From Coniocarpon cinnabarinum (Eukaryota): a stretch of 64,000 nt of DNA. The DNA lies in assembly GCA_051942205.1 (NCBI GenBank), contig JAVECO010000025.1, forward strand, positions 62,001 to 126,000, written 5' to 3'. A program made the translations under genes and the position numbers. This document shows, piece after piece, positions 46,110-58,334 of the stretch. The number at the start of each line of letters is the position of its first letter. Position 1 is the first letter of the stretch. Below the pieces are notes generated by a model. It saw only the letters and a program-made list of their open reading frames with translations, ran no database searches and was not told the origin of the DNA.

Positions 46110-48198
46110 ATGGCTCCACACACGACATTGGGAAAGCGTGGATACGAGCTGACAAAAGGTCCCAACCTGAGGGAACAGTTCTCTTTGATTTTGGGCAATC
46201 TCTACGATCCGAATACTAATCCCAATGGCATCGTTCTGTTTGGCGTATCTGAAAACGTATGAATAGAGGTCAAAATGCTATCGCGGCCATTAATTGACGT
46301 GCCTCTCATGCAGTATGCCATGGTTCCCGAGGTCGCTGAATTCGTCAAAAAGAAGGTGAACTTGCTCCTCTTTTGTTAAGGTGCTAGAGCTAAGCACTGT
46401 CGTTTCGAAATACTTTTCGTCTGACTGTTTGCTCCCCTTAGCTTACACTCCCAACAAGTGCATTCTCGTATGGCGAGGGACCCTGGGGAACTGATCGTTT
46501 GAGGTAGGAGGACTTTGAGGTGCTTATCTGTATTCGCAGCTGACTGTAGAATCTAGAAAATCTATGGCACGTTACGTGAACAAGAATTTCGATGTTCATG
46601 AACCAATCGACGCTGATAAGCTTCTTTTCGCCAATGGCGTTACTTCTATATGCGAAATGCTTGGTTTCACCGTTGCTGATCCTGGTGATGGTATTCTTTT
46701 GTCCAAACCGATTTATCAAGCATTCCAATTCGATTTTGGGACAAAGGCTCGGTGAGTCTGCCTGTCGGACGAAATTCCACGCGCAGAGTAGCTGAATGTT
46801 CGAATTAGCGTCAAGCCTGTCTTTGTCGATTTTGATGGTGTCGACCAATTTTCGCCCGAAGCCGCGGCCAAATACGAGGAGGCGCTATTAAACGCGGAGA
46901 AACAGGGAATCAAAGTTCGCATGTTGATGTTGTGCAATGTTCGTTCGCGCGCTTCTGCTCACAGCGTGTAACCACTGACATCCTCTCTTAATAGCCGCAC
47001 AACCCTCTTGGACAATGCTATCCTAAGGAAACTATCATTGCCTTGATGAAGCTCTGCTTCAAATATCAAGTCCACCTTCTGAGTGACGAAATCTACGCAA
47101 CGTCAGTCTATGAGGTGCCAGACAAGAATGCCGTGCCATTTACATCGGTCTTGTCGTTCGACTCCAGTGTAAGTCTTTCTGCGGGGGATACGTTCTACCC
47201 CGTCCCTTCTCAATTCGAATGAAAGTCACGAATTAAGCTCGACGGCTGCGGGACAAGGCCCCACCAGAGTTTCTAATTCTAGGTACGCAACGTAATGATG
47301 TCACGCTGACATTACACGCTGTAGCCTTACATTAGTCCCGACTATTGTCACATGATCTATGGTAAGTACGAAAAATTTATTGGTGTAACGGGGAATTATG
47401 TGTTGATTCTAATTTTACAGGCCTAAGCAAAGATTTTGCTGGGGGTGGACTGCGCATCGGCTGCATCTACCTCCGCAATGAAGAGCTCAACCGTGCAATG
47501 AGCGCCATTTCGCAATTCCATTGGTCTGGAGGGCCAAGTCAAGAGATTGCAACCATGATTTTGGAAGACGAGGTCAGTCCATTTTCCTTTTCAGAAATTT
47601 CGGCACGAGTCCGTCTCGCGGGAAGCATTTCCAAATGCGATGCTGGCTCTGATGTGACTATAGCTTTATCACCGTTGATGCCCGAACTCTGTTGCTGACA
47701 TGCGTGCGTGGGGCACAGGACTTCCTTGATCGATACCAGCGACTGGCCAAAGAGCGACTCGCCTCAAGAAACAAGATGACACGCCGTTACTTAGACACGG
47801 CTGGAATTCGGTGAGTGACTCTGAATACCTGGGTACTGCGGTATCCAGATCCCCGTGCTTGCATATACGGCTTGGCGACGCAGTAGCGAGGCGAAAGCTC
47901 GAGCTTACACAACCACAGCTATCACCCAGGCGCCAATGCTGGCTTCTTCTTATGGGTAGACCTGAGGCCGTTCTTGCCGCCGCTGGACCCTGGTATGAGC
48001 TCCGAATGGGAGCGGGAGCAAGCACTGGCGAAGAGGATGATCGATCATAAGGTATTCTTGACGAACGGAGAGGGACTGAGTGCGGAGGAGCCAGGGTTCT
48101 TCCGGATCATCTTCTCACACGACGAGGAGACGATTCGAGTGGGATTCAAGCGACTGTTCGAGGCACTGGGCAAGAAGGAAGCAGCTGCGTCGATTTGA
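46110..48198 (+). CDS. PLP-dependent class I/II aminotransferase, ACC-synthase-like, 10 exons (introns 46257-46313, 46356-46441, 46504-46556, 46752-46808, 46939-46994, 47169-47324, 47362-47420, 47573-47718, 47811-47918)
   Basis: Manual splicing gives YDPNTNPNGIVLFGVSEN, DPGDGILL, CNPHNPLG, SDEIYA, PLP-lysine motif GLSKDFAGGGLRIG, NAGFFLWVDLR and EPGFFRIIF in one frame. Confidence 0.88.
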
Positions 48199-50270
48199 AG
48201 GTTGGGTTGTGCCGTGCGTGCTGCAATGCTGCATTCATCATGGCGTTGGCGAGCATGGACTGGGATCCAATTCCGGTCAGCGGCGTAGGAGGACATGTGC
48301 TGTCAGGCGCATCGAGGACGGCACAGATACGGTGGAGGATGAAGTAAAAGGTTGGAGAGACCGCGGAGAAAAGTCCGGGTCGGCAGGGCTACGCTGGCTA
48401 AACATAAAAGAAGCTTGAGTGGGGACCGTGGGACGGGTGGGCAGGCTAAGAGAGTCATGGCACCGCGTCTCTCACCCGACGTCATTGCATCTCTCTTCTG
48501 AGTGCTTTTTCAAGTGCTCTTTTGAGTGTCTGGCTTGCTCCCACCGTCTGGGCTCTTGGTGCATACGCTTGAACAGCGTGCGCAATGCTCATGCCCACGT
48601 GCGTGTGGCTTTCAACGCAGAATGTTCAATGGGCTGTCGGTACTGCGGCTAGTACGAGGACGAGATGGGTCCGATCGTGGTCGTCAGCCGCCATTGGACA
48701 GGTCGACGAACCGGGTCGCTGGAAGCGCTAGTGCAGGCGCGATTGGCTGGTGTCCAGCAGATGATGAGAGGACGAATGAACATGGTCCTTGGGCTGACGA
48801 TGCTGCCAGTGGATGCGACACGTCGAAGACATCCGGCCGTTCCAGCGCACAAGGGCACGAGGCACGCGGTCGGGGAGCCAAACCTACCTAAGCTTGGAAG
48901 ACACCTCACCAAGCACGAGTTGTTCTCAGCAAGGCTGGCCACCCGCGTGCCTCGCAGACCGACCTCGATCATCTGCTTCCATTTCAGACATACGCCGGCC
49001 CTCGCCCTTGCCCAATGCGTGCCGTCCTACCGCGCCTGCAGGCTCACATGTGTATCAGCAGCAACGACAGCTCGATCCCATGACGGCCGCCAGCGCGTGG
49101 TCAGGGCCATGTTCGATGGCGTGCCAGAGGTGGGCCGTCCTCGCAGCGTATGCTCTCTGCGAGCGCTATAACCGAGGATAGAGTTGCTGGACAGGGCGGT
49201 GCAGCGAAGGGCAGGCAGTGGGAGGGTCTAGTGTGTTTCAGCGTGGGTGCATATGCAGCTCCAGGGCGAGGGAGAACAGGAGAACAGAAGAACAGCATGC
49301 AGCATGCGCCAGAGTGGAGGTGGCCGGCCCCATCGACACTTACTCCTTCCGGCACCCTGCAGAGCTCACGGAGTGCCTCTTTCGGCTCGCGTGTCACGTC
49401 TCTCTTCGTTGCTGCTCCACTTTCCACACTCCAGACTCTTCCTCCACTTCACATCTCCCTCTCCCCACCCTGTCACGCTCAACGCCAACTCCATGTTCGC
49501 GTGAATTGAGTTCTACTGTCTCAAGACTCGCGATGCAGACCGCGCGACTGTCTCTTCCTTGGCCGAGCTAGAGGTCTGTGCAGGGCGCTGGCGCCCAAAT
49601 GAGGCCAAGGGCTTAGGGAATTGAATCTCTCCGCGCCTGACTCGGGCCGCGTCAAAAAAGTCTATTTTCGTTTGGCTGCATCGTTCATCCTCTTTCTCCC
49701 CTCACCACCAGCCAGCTCCCGACTACATCAGAGCACTGCTTGCTCGCCTCGTCTCGCTCGTCTGCGCCGAAGGCTGTGTCCTCTCCACTCTCCTTAATAA
49801 CTTCTGGCTGCGGCTGCGCCCTCGGCAGCGAATGCGTGACGGGGCCAGGAACCTCGGACGTCCAGCAAGTCCCATCCTTACCGCTCGACACATTACTCGA
49901 CGCACGACTCACGCTGCGTTGCACATTTCGGTAGCCTGATCATCACTCACTAAATCTCGGACCTGCGCTGTGGATCGTCGTCGTGCTGCTGTCTCTCATT
50001 ACGACACATTTCGATCTCAATCCGTCACGGCTAATAGGGAGATCTGATCCATTAACGTTCCTTGGGCTCAATTCATCCTACGTACTCGTTCCTGTGATTC
50101 TGCACGTCGTCACTCTCTGGATGTGTGACAAGCACTTCTCACAAGGCTGAGCACAACCTGTCGTCTTGCTCTGCATGATCATGTGGTAATCTTGTTGTCC
50201 TCCCTGCGGCGTCGCGCCCGTACGTCCCGTCACAAGTCATCTTTCGCTCCGGCCCTCTTAAATCACGTTT

Positions 50271-52391
50271 ATGCTCTTCTTCGAGGACATGGACTCGAGG
50301 AAGCGCAGCGCGCCAACTCCGTATGCCGACACGAATCCATGGATTGACGATCTCAACTTCACACTCAATCCTGTGGCCACTAACGTCGAGACCCGCAAGT
50401 CCCTAGAACGATCCACACCGCGTCCGAAACGAGAAATTCCACGCCTGGATCTTACCAAACTCTTCACCCGCCGTAAATCTGGTCGAACGAGTGAGGCCGT
50501 CACCAGTCCCTTACCAAGCCCTCCGCTGGTGCAAGAGGAAAGCGAGGGCAGGTCACCGCAACAAGTATGGCAACAAATAACAAACCCATGGGGCATTCGG
50601 ATTCGGAAAGCTAAGTCGGCTATGGCAAATGACATTCTCAATACTCAACTCGATCATCACCCTGGTCACCGCACCGGTCACTCGGATTCCACTGTGAACT
50701 CAGGCAATGTTCAACCCGCTATCAAGTATTGGTTTGACTACGTCGATGATGGAGACGACTTATCGATCAAGTCTGAGCCAGAAGGCAGGCCAAGCCTCAG
50801 CTCTGAGAGGTCACTCTCCAAACGAAATCGGGATACTTTTCTCAGCATTTCTTCCTCCGTCTCTGGGTCTGCAACATCGTTATCGTCGATTGACGAGCCC
50901 GATAAAGAGATCAGCCCTTCCCACGGCTTGAAACAGTTTAGCATGTCCACACCGTTGACCCGCAAACGTAACAACACGCTCGAGATTTCGCCCGTCAGCA
51001 CACTTGAGAGCGATCGTCCAACGTCAAAACGCTCGCAGCTCTCCGTATCGACTATACGAAACATTGACGGTCGTCAAAGGCTCTTTACACCGACGCCGAG
51101 TCGCCAGCCACAGCAGCTCCCTGACTCGATCAACAAAGGCGAGAGTGTGCTGGTCTTGTCGGAGACCGAGGATAGCGACGAGGAGGACGGGGAAGACCGA
51201 TACGATGATGCCAGGTCCGAGTTGCAGAGCAAGGAGTCTCTGCAGGAGCATATTCCTTCGATATGCAGGGATGGCACTCCTCTGGAGGCTGATGTACAAG
51301 TTGCCAAGCGTGAGCGACTACGACATGTGGGGATGGCTGCAAAACGGTTGAACAATGCCGCAAATCGCGTCTCGCATACTGTGATCGATGATGGTAGTCA
51401 AATCTCTGATGACCACAGCCCTAGGACATCGTTGCTGTCAGATCTAAGACCGATTTCGTTTCGAAGCGAATATCGTCCTCAGTCGTTTGTCAGAGATGAA
51501 CCTCACCGTCTGTCGACCTTGACAATACCAGCCCCGGAGCCAGAGCCTGCGTGGCTGCACTCACCGTCAGCAACAGTTTCCCAGCTGACTCCGTCGTCTT
51601 CGAATCTACCAGCCGTGCTGTCAGAACCAGCACTTTCCCTCTCTCGTCCCCACAGCGCACGGCCAGAACATGCTACCCCCAAAGCGAAAAGGATCATGGT
51701 TGTCACCGACGCAGAAGCAAGGCTCCTCTCGAGCATCCGGCGACGGCGTGCTGAGATGATGAAGCAACGGGTGCAAGGCCGTACGGACACCCATACTCGG
51801 CGCCAAGTGTCGAAGCGTAGCGCTTCGAAGATGCGACGGTCTCGATCTTCATTCGCCAGTTTCGTGGAGAACCGAAACACGAACGCCTCGGCCTCGACTG
51901 CACAGCCCTCGAATGTGACCCACGACGATGGTCTGCTCTCGCCGATCTCGCCCATGGAGGCTGACCCACGTCGACCGTCTTCAGGTACTGTCAATCAAGT
52001 GTGGAAAGATGTCCAAGCCTGGCGCAAACAACCTCCTGCAGAGCCTGTTCGTAATCCTCATCGACCTTCTCGTCCGCCATTGGCTAAGCTCGACACCGAC
52101 CCAGCCATTGCAAGAGTGCAATCACCCATGACAGCCTCTAGTCCTCGATCGCGAATCGCCATGGCGCAGCGCATGGCTAGTGACGGTGTTCTTCGTGTAC
52201 GCCCACATACGACCACTCTCGATGAAGAGCTCGGGCACGGCTCGAAACGGCGAAGCCAAAGCTTGGGAGAGAAGCTGGCACGTCGTGACATGACCGATGT
52301 CAAGGCGGATGTTCTGGCCGCGTGGGGAGATCTCGGTGGATGGCGCAGGAGCACTATGAGTCCCCTCAGTCCGATGGGCTCCTCCTTGTGA
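50271..52391 (+). CDS. Ser/Arg-rich hypothetical protein (about 700 aa)
   Basis: Long uninterrupted ORF with short conserved-looking blocks (RIMVVTDAEARLLSSIRRRR, DVLAAWGDLGG). No catalytic motif recognised. The start could be the ATG at 50289. Confidence 0.75.
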   Translation: MLFFEDMDSRKRSAPTPYADTNPWIDDLNFTLNPVATNVETRKSLERSTPRPKREIPRLDLTKLFTRRKSGRTSEAVTSPLPSPPLVQEESEGRSPQQVWQQITNPWGIRIRKAKSAMANDILNTQLDHHPGHRTGHSDSTVNSGNVQPAIKYWFDYVDDGDDLSIKSEPEGRPSLSSERSLSKRNRDTFLSISSSVSGSATSLSSIDEPDKEISPSHGLKQFSMSTPLTRKRNNTLEISPVSTLESDRPTSKRSQLSVSTIRNIDGRQRLFTPTPSRQPQQLPDSINKGESVLVLSETEDSDEEDGEDRYDDARSELQSKESLQEHIPSICRDGTPLEADVQVAKRERLRHVGMAAKRLNNAANRVSHTVIDDGSQISDDHSPRTSLLSDLRPISFRSEYRPQSFVRDEPHRLSTLTIPAPEPEPAWLHSPSATVSQLTPSSSNLPAVLSEPALSLSRPHSARPEHATPKAKRIMVVTDAEARLLSSIRRRRAEMMKQRVQGRTDTHTRRQVSKRSASKMRRSRSSFASFVENRNTNASASTAQPSNVTHDDGLLSPISPMEADPRRPSSGTVNQVWKDVQAWRKQPPAEPVRNPHRPSRPPLAKLDTDPAIARVQSPMTASSPRSRIAMAQRMASDGVLRVRPHTTTLDEELGHGSKRRSQSLGEKLARRDMTDVKADVLAAWGDLGGWRRSTMSPLSPMGSSL

Positions 52392-53190
52392 GGTTGTGAT
52401 GTGTGAGAGAGTACATCACCTCCAAGGGCTGGACTGGCTCACTTTTTTTGGTTATTTTTTTTATTAACATTTAGCGTTGGCGTTGGTGGTACCACATCTT
52501 ACATCTGCAAATGAAGCGTATATACCTGACTGTCAAATTGCTAGGCCATGACCAGCAGAGACGGATTGCATCCTCGCGATGAAAATGACATTTCACGACT
52601 CAATTCAGACGCCAGAAGGGCGCTGTTCATGTCAAGGTACTCCTTCCGTCCAACCATCATGAAAGCACTTTGTTTGCTGTGCTTGTTGTCCGTGTCTTGC
52701 TTTTTCTGATCATTAGTTTCGATTTCCAGAGCTGTAGCGTCCCACTCCATTTGTACGAGCTCTCCATCTATATCACTGCTATGATCCCTCGGCTATACAC
52801 TCACTACCTTTCTCTTGCTTGTCATGCTATTCTCCTATAGACTGTTAGTGACAACCTCAAGTGAGTGTTGAGGGCCACTCAGATTTGCCTTGGCCTCGCA
52901 AGATGCTCCCGAATCAGGCCATCGAGTTTGGTGCAGTCAGGGAAATGAGTAGACTCGAGGTGAATTGCAGATTCGAGATCGTGACGGGGCACATGAACGT
53001 ACCATGACAGTCGTGATTGAGCTAATCGCGCAATGCAAGTGCCCAAATCGAAATGTATCACGATGTCGAGGAGCAGACGAAGACGCTCATAGTAATCGTT
53101 AATCAAACATAACTTCTTGATTCATACAAGTCATCCAAGGTACTCAAACGGTACATACTGACACAGCCAATACCACCTCTAACCACGATC

Positions 53191-55593
53191 TTACACGTCT
53201 TTCTTGACACTGTGGCCATTAGCCGGCACACCGTCCTCGACCTCACTCTCCTCAGACTCACTCTCGAGCTCCGTCCTCGCACCAGACGAGACACGATGTC
53301 GTCCCCGTTCCCGCATCGCGCCACGTATCCGCATACTCACATCCTCCGCAAGCTTCTCCGAGTTCATCAGACTCACGCCGTCTGCACCAACATCATTCTG
53401 CGAGCCCGGCCGACTCAGACTCCGATGCGACGCCGGCGTCTGCGGTCTCGACGCGAAGAACCCAAAGCTAGACAGATTCTTGAACGATTCGTTTCGCGGC
53501 AGGTTGCCCGCCATGGACGAGCCGCCACCGATACTCGCGCGTGTATGAGGAGTCTGACCGTCAGGCGACTCGCCCCGTGGCGTCATTTGCAAAAATGTGC
53601 CCCACGAGGGGCTCTTCGACGGCGAGTCCGGCGTCTTGGGGCGTGAGCCGTCTTTGGGTACGACGATGCGCCGGGCGTCAAAGTCAGGAAAGAGTTCAGG
53701 ACCGAGCTCATTGATGAGGTTGGTGACTTCCATTGCCAATTCTTCGCGGCGCTTGCGAAGCTTGACGATCGTGTTGCCGGATGACGGATTGAGACTGAGG
53801 ATCAGCGGCCAGAGTGACTTTGCAATGTCCATGCCGATCTCGCCAAACCGCAATGCCGCGAAGGTGATGGCAGGGAACCAGATCGTCCCAAACAGGACGA
53901 CAGCCCAGACGGGTACCCAGGGTGGCACTAAGCCCTGCATGCGATTGTAATACGTCCAGAAGCCGAAGAGAATGTTGTAGTAGGTGTACAATGCCGGTGC
54001 CAGCGCCATTGCCACCAGCAGCTTCCATGTCGCCACAACATCTCGCGCCTGGATTTTGACCGTCGATGCCGCCAAAGCTTCTCTTGATTTCCGAATCGAA
54101 ATGAGCTTGCCAGCAATGAACACCGGAGAAAATAGAGCCAGGCCTGGAAAGACGGCGGCTGCCAGGATGATGATCTTACCCAGACGGTAGAGAATGATGC
54201 CCATCACCTGGATCACCGAGAATTTGGCGTAGCCGAGTTGGTGATCGCGGACATTGAGTGCCATCAAGGACTTGTTGTAATCGAGCACCCGCTTTTTCAG
54301 TCTGACAATGCGCGGGTCATCTCGATACCTGGTGTAGCCTTTGACAAGCCTTCTATTCAACTCGACGACCATCGATAACGGGAGTTTCTTGCCAGGCGGA
54401 TTGTACAGACGGCGGACAGCTTGAATGAGCTAAGGAAATTGTCAGCAACGAAATAATTGATCAAGACTGTATCGCGCGGGCTTACCATGAGAGTTTCGTA
54501 ATCAGGACTGGTTACGGTAACAGACACAAGAGCGTCATAGACCATCTGGAGCATTTGCCCAATCGCATCTCTTCGAGAGCCGTTTTTGTATTCCTCGACC
54601 AACTCTTTTGGCACGTCCAGCGGCGTCCCGAACTCAATTACTGCTCTTGATCTGAACTTGTGAGCGTGAAAATAGTTCATACCACACGGCACAATTTTCA
54701 AGTCGCAGCTGGGATCATGTGCAACGGCGCCTAAAGCCATGATAGCCACACCGGCTTTCAAGGGCAACAACTCTGTTCGGTCATGGCTTCCGCCTTCTGG
54801 ATAGATACCGACACAACCCCCTCGACTGAGTCCCTCAAATACGGCTTCGTACACCTTCGACTGGTCGACCTTGGGTGCAATCCTAAACAGAGTTCCTTCA
54901 TTGTCACGCGCTTTATTGATCTGCTCCTCGACGGTCTGTGTGGACTTTGGATCCTCCTTGTGTTCCTGTCGCGTGCCGGTCAACTGCTGATACGCGACAG
55001 AGCCCTGAAAAGGCTTCTTCAGGCGTAGTTCTTCGGGTCCGAGCACCTCCACAATCTCGGCGTTGGCCGACACATAGTTGACAGAGGGCAGTACGAGTAA
55101 GCCTCCAAGCTGTACACTCGGATTTTGAAAGTCCGTACCCACTCCTCTGATTAGACACGGGTCATTTTCTGGATCTGGCATGTAGACTTTGCCCGATGCT
55201 GATTGTGTCTTGTCTAGGGCGCGACCGACTGAAAGGGCGCCCATCTTGCGAGACATCCAGCCAACGAATTTGCGTTTCGTAGACTTCTCAGCAATAAGTA
55301 CCGACACTCGCCGGTGTGCTTCCGTCCTGATGATGCGCATGAGGAGGAGAGGGTCCACAAACTGCGATTTACGTCAGCAGAGCTACTTGGACAAATGATC
55401 AGGCGAGGGAGCTCTGGCGAACCTGATTTGCATGAGGTGCGGCGACGAAGATGACTGGCCCGCGACGTGGTATCTTCCAAGAGCTGCGCGGATGCACCTC
55501 ACGAAAGAAAAGATCCAGGACTACGGAGAGGAGCCAGAGAAGGAAGTCGTACAAGACGGTGCTCATGTCCTTGTGCTCGCCTGTGGAGACCAT
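53191..55593 (-). CDS. SCT1: Glycerol-3-phosphate/DHAP O-acyltransferase (Sct1/Gpt2 family), 3 exons (introns 55362-55422 and 54430-54485)
   Basis: Motif I APHANQ|FVD spans intron 1. IYPEGGSHDR, VPCGMNYFHAHKFRSRAVIEFG and ALRFGEIGMDI follow. Confidence 0.92.
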
Positions 55594-56341
55594 GATGTCG
55601 AGTGGCAGCCGCTAAGGGCGAATGACAATGTGCAGGACACGTTGCTCGATGTTCTGCTTTCATTCAATCTCGTAGAGGTGAGCAGGCGTCGGTAGGGGGG
55701 ACGGCCAGTCATTAAGAGCGTCAAGGCGTGTGGGTTTTGCACCGCCAAGGCACGTGAAATGCGTAGTGGACCTTGGAACAAGAGTTGATCGAACAGGCGT
55801 GCGACGAACGTGGGGGCGGGCTTATCTTGCAGACAAGTGGAAGGCTAATGCCCGCTTGTGACTGAGAGTGATTGGACAATGTGTAGCGAAGGGACTGTTG
55901 GATAAGGATGGGATTGGATGTTGCTGGATTTGTTGAGCGATGGTGGAAGTGGTCTGGAGAGCTTGTGACGTCGGGACGCGAGCGAACCAAAGTCGCGCCA
56001 GACGGTGGAAGGCGCAAAAGTTCTGGTAGCTAGGTAAGGATGCGCCGGGCCGGTGGCGCCTGTTCTGGACGCAAGCTCCGTTCTCGGGCCGACGGTTCCC
56101 TTTTACAGGCTATTGCCGAACCGGTGGTTCTCGAACCTGTCGAAGCTGCGACAACTTCCTTTTGCCCTGCTTGCGGGGGTCAAGTAATGGCAGAATCCAG
56201 GAAACGTCGATGATCTTTCATTTTACGAATTGATGCCTCCATGCACGATGCCGACGCCCGGACAGCGCCCTGTTGGAGCTTGCCATTGTCCGAATCATTG
56301 AATGCCATGCATCATTCGAGACCAGGCTGATCAACTGCTCA

Positions 56342-57173
56342 TCAATGCCGTGTTGTTGGCTGACCCGTTAGCTGCTCGACCACGGTGCCGCGTTGCACCT
56401 CTTCATATCCGGGTGGTGGTTCGTCCGGTGCCGCGGCCGATGTCTGTGTTGACGAGGCTACTGAGGATGAGATCTGCTCAGCACTTTCGAAGCTCGTCAC
56501 GTTACTAGGCCTCTCCTCGTAGACAGGGAGCTGATCCAAATGCACAGAGTGCATGTTTGCACCACCAGTCTGAGAAGCTGCTGGCCCAGCCTGACCACTC
56601 TCTGCCGCGATGTCTGCTGCTTGTTGCAGACGCTCTTTGATGCGTACGAACTTCGTTTGGAAATCATACGCCCCTCCGTCTTTGAATGTCAATTTGGCCT
56701 CCACAGCGGGGTGTTGAGATGGAATGCCACCGCCAGTGACTGGCTGAACCAAAGCAATCCAGCCATTGGGTCCGAAGTAGGGTGTCGTGATACGGCTGTC
56801 ATGCACTTTGAGCAGCGGTGCAGCAAATGATTGAAATGAAGGTATGGCGGGCTCTGGCAGGTAAACAATCTACAGCCGAAGATCAGTTCTCCTCGCAAGC
56901 TTTTGGGGCATCTGCAGACAGACTCTTTGATTTGTGAGGTAGACGCGGCCGGAGCTGCTGGCGTGGTGGAATGGTTCTCGCCCCGGGTATTGGTTTAAAC
57001 TTTGTAGCTGGATGGAGGTCCGCGGTGGAGAAGTGAATAAGATTTGCTCGTTAGAAAGCGGTATGAAGGGCTGCGAGCCAGTGCTTAACATCACCCAGCT
57101 CAAAAGCAGTCAGCGCGCCCATGTGGAAGATCAATGCTTCATTCTTTAGCGACGACACCTACTTTACAGACAT
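56342..57173 (-). CDS. WW-domain-binding protein 2-like (PH-GRAM domain plus PPxY), 3 exons (introns 57099-57162 and 56870-56923)
   Basis: Spliced N-terminus MSVNWVML, GRVYLTNQR|IVYLP, KLTFKDGGAYDF and C-terminal PPPGYEE. Confidence 0.82.
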
Positions 57174-57508
57174 GGCCGCCCCACACGTGGAATTTTAATG
57201 CTTGATCACATCTGATTATCGCACTGACAATACTTTGTAGTCATATTAAGCCTGTCGCAGATGGGTCGCTGCGCGTTGACGATAGGATTTGATGAGTCTG
57301 CGGCGACCGATACGTTGAGCTGATCACTACGTGAACACGTGAAATGTCAATGCATGTGACAATCAGCCGGGCAGGGTATAGATTTTGTTCCAAATTTTTA
57401 TCCACTCGTGCCACTGAATATGAAGACAAATAACCACAGGTACTGAGCGTCAAAAGTTGCTGACAGGGACGATAAACGTCTGTTACGACAGCCATCATCA
57501 CTAACTGC

Positions 57509-58147
57509 ATGTCGACCTCACTCACAATCGATCCGACCGCCCACATCGCTGACAAAGCCCAACTCCATACCTCAACCTCTGCGCCTCACCCTATCATCAT
57601 CAACGCACGTTGCGTCATTCACCCCTTCGCACGCCTCGACTCCTCAAACGGCCCTATCGCCTTGGGTCAACGCTGCGTGATCTGGGAGAAAGTCTGCATT
57701 GGCACTCCCCGCACTTTATCGTCTCGTCCGAGCTCATCCGCGGAACAGCCCCGAGATGATGAGGATGACGGAGAAAGAGAGACGGTAAGAACAATCACCA
57801 TTGGCGATGGAACCATAATACAAGCGCATGCCCAAATTCCGGGACCCGCGACCATCGGTGCGGGCTGCAATATTGGAATCGCCGCTGAAATTGGTCCTGG
57901 GGTCGTCCTTGGTGAGCGAGTAACGGTGGCGAGTGGCACTCGTGTGGCGGAGGGCGCTGTTATTGAGAAAGGCTGCACGGTCTGGGGTGAAGGACAGATG
58001 CGCAAGCCCGACTTAGCCGTGACCGAAGAGGCACAGCGGGACATGCATGATGCAACACGGTTGAAGGAAGATGGCGAGGAGCGACACCGGGTTCTGCTGA
58101 CGCAGTTGGTGAAAGGCACATCAGGTGGCACAAGATTTACGGGGTGA
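57509..58147 (+). CDS. Dynactin subunit 6 (p27)-like left-handed beta-helix protein
   Basis: Hexapeptide (LpxA-like) repeats and IADKAQL..VIHPFARLDS..GPIALGQRCVIWEK, as in fungal p27. Confidence 0.72.
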   Translation: MSTSLTIDPTAHIADKAQLHTSTSAPHPIIINARCVIHPFARLDSSNGPIALGQRCVIWEKVCIGTPRTLSSRPSSSAEQPRDDEDDGERETVRTITIGDGTIIQAHAQIPGPATIGAGCNIGIAAEIGPGVVLGERVTVASGTRVAEGAVIEKGCTVWGEGQMRKPDLAVTEEAQRDMHDATRLKEDGEERHRVLLTQLVKGTSGGTRFTG

Positions 58148-58334
58148 TCGTGAGAGTGTGGTCATTGTCTTGCATTAGAGGTGATCCATGGGCTTTCGGT
58201 CGGGATCACGTTTCGAAAATATCCCAATCTTGGGGTCAAGAATTCGTCACAAGCTGTACCATGTCTCTAAGACTCGAAGATGCACCCCGACGCCGTACGC
58301 ACCTCGCTGAAATATCGCAAATTTCCACGAATGG

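Noticed and set aside
48199..50270. Overlapping GC-rich ORFs upstream of the Ser-rich gene
   Set aside because: Compositionally random in all frames; consistent with promoter and 5' UTR.
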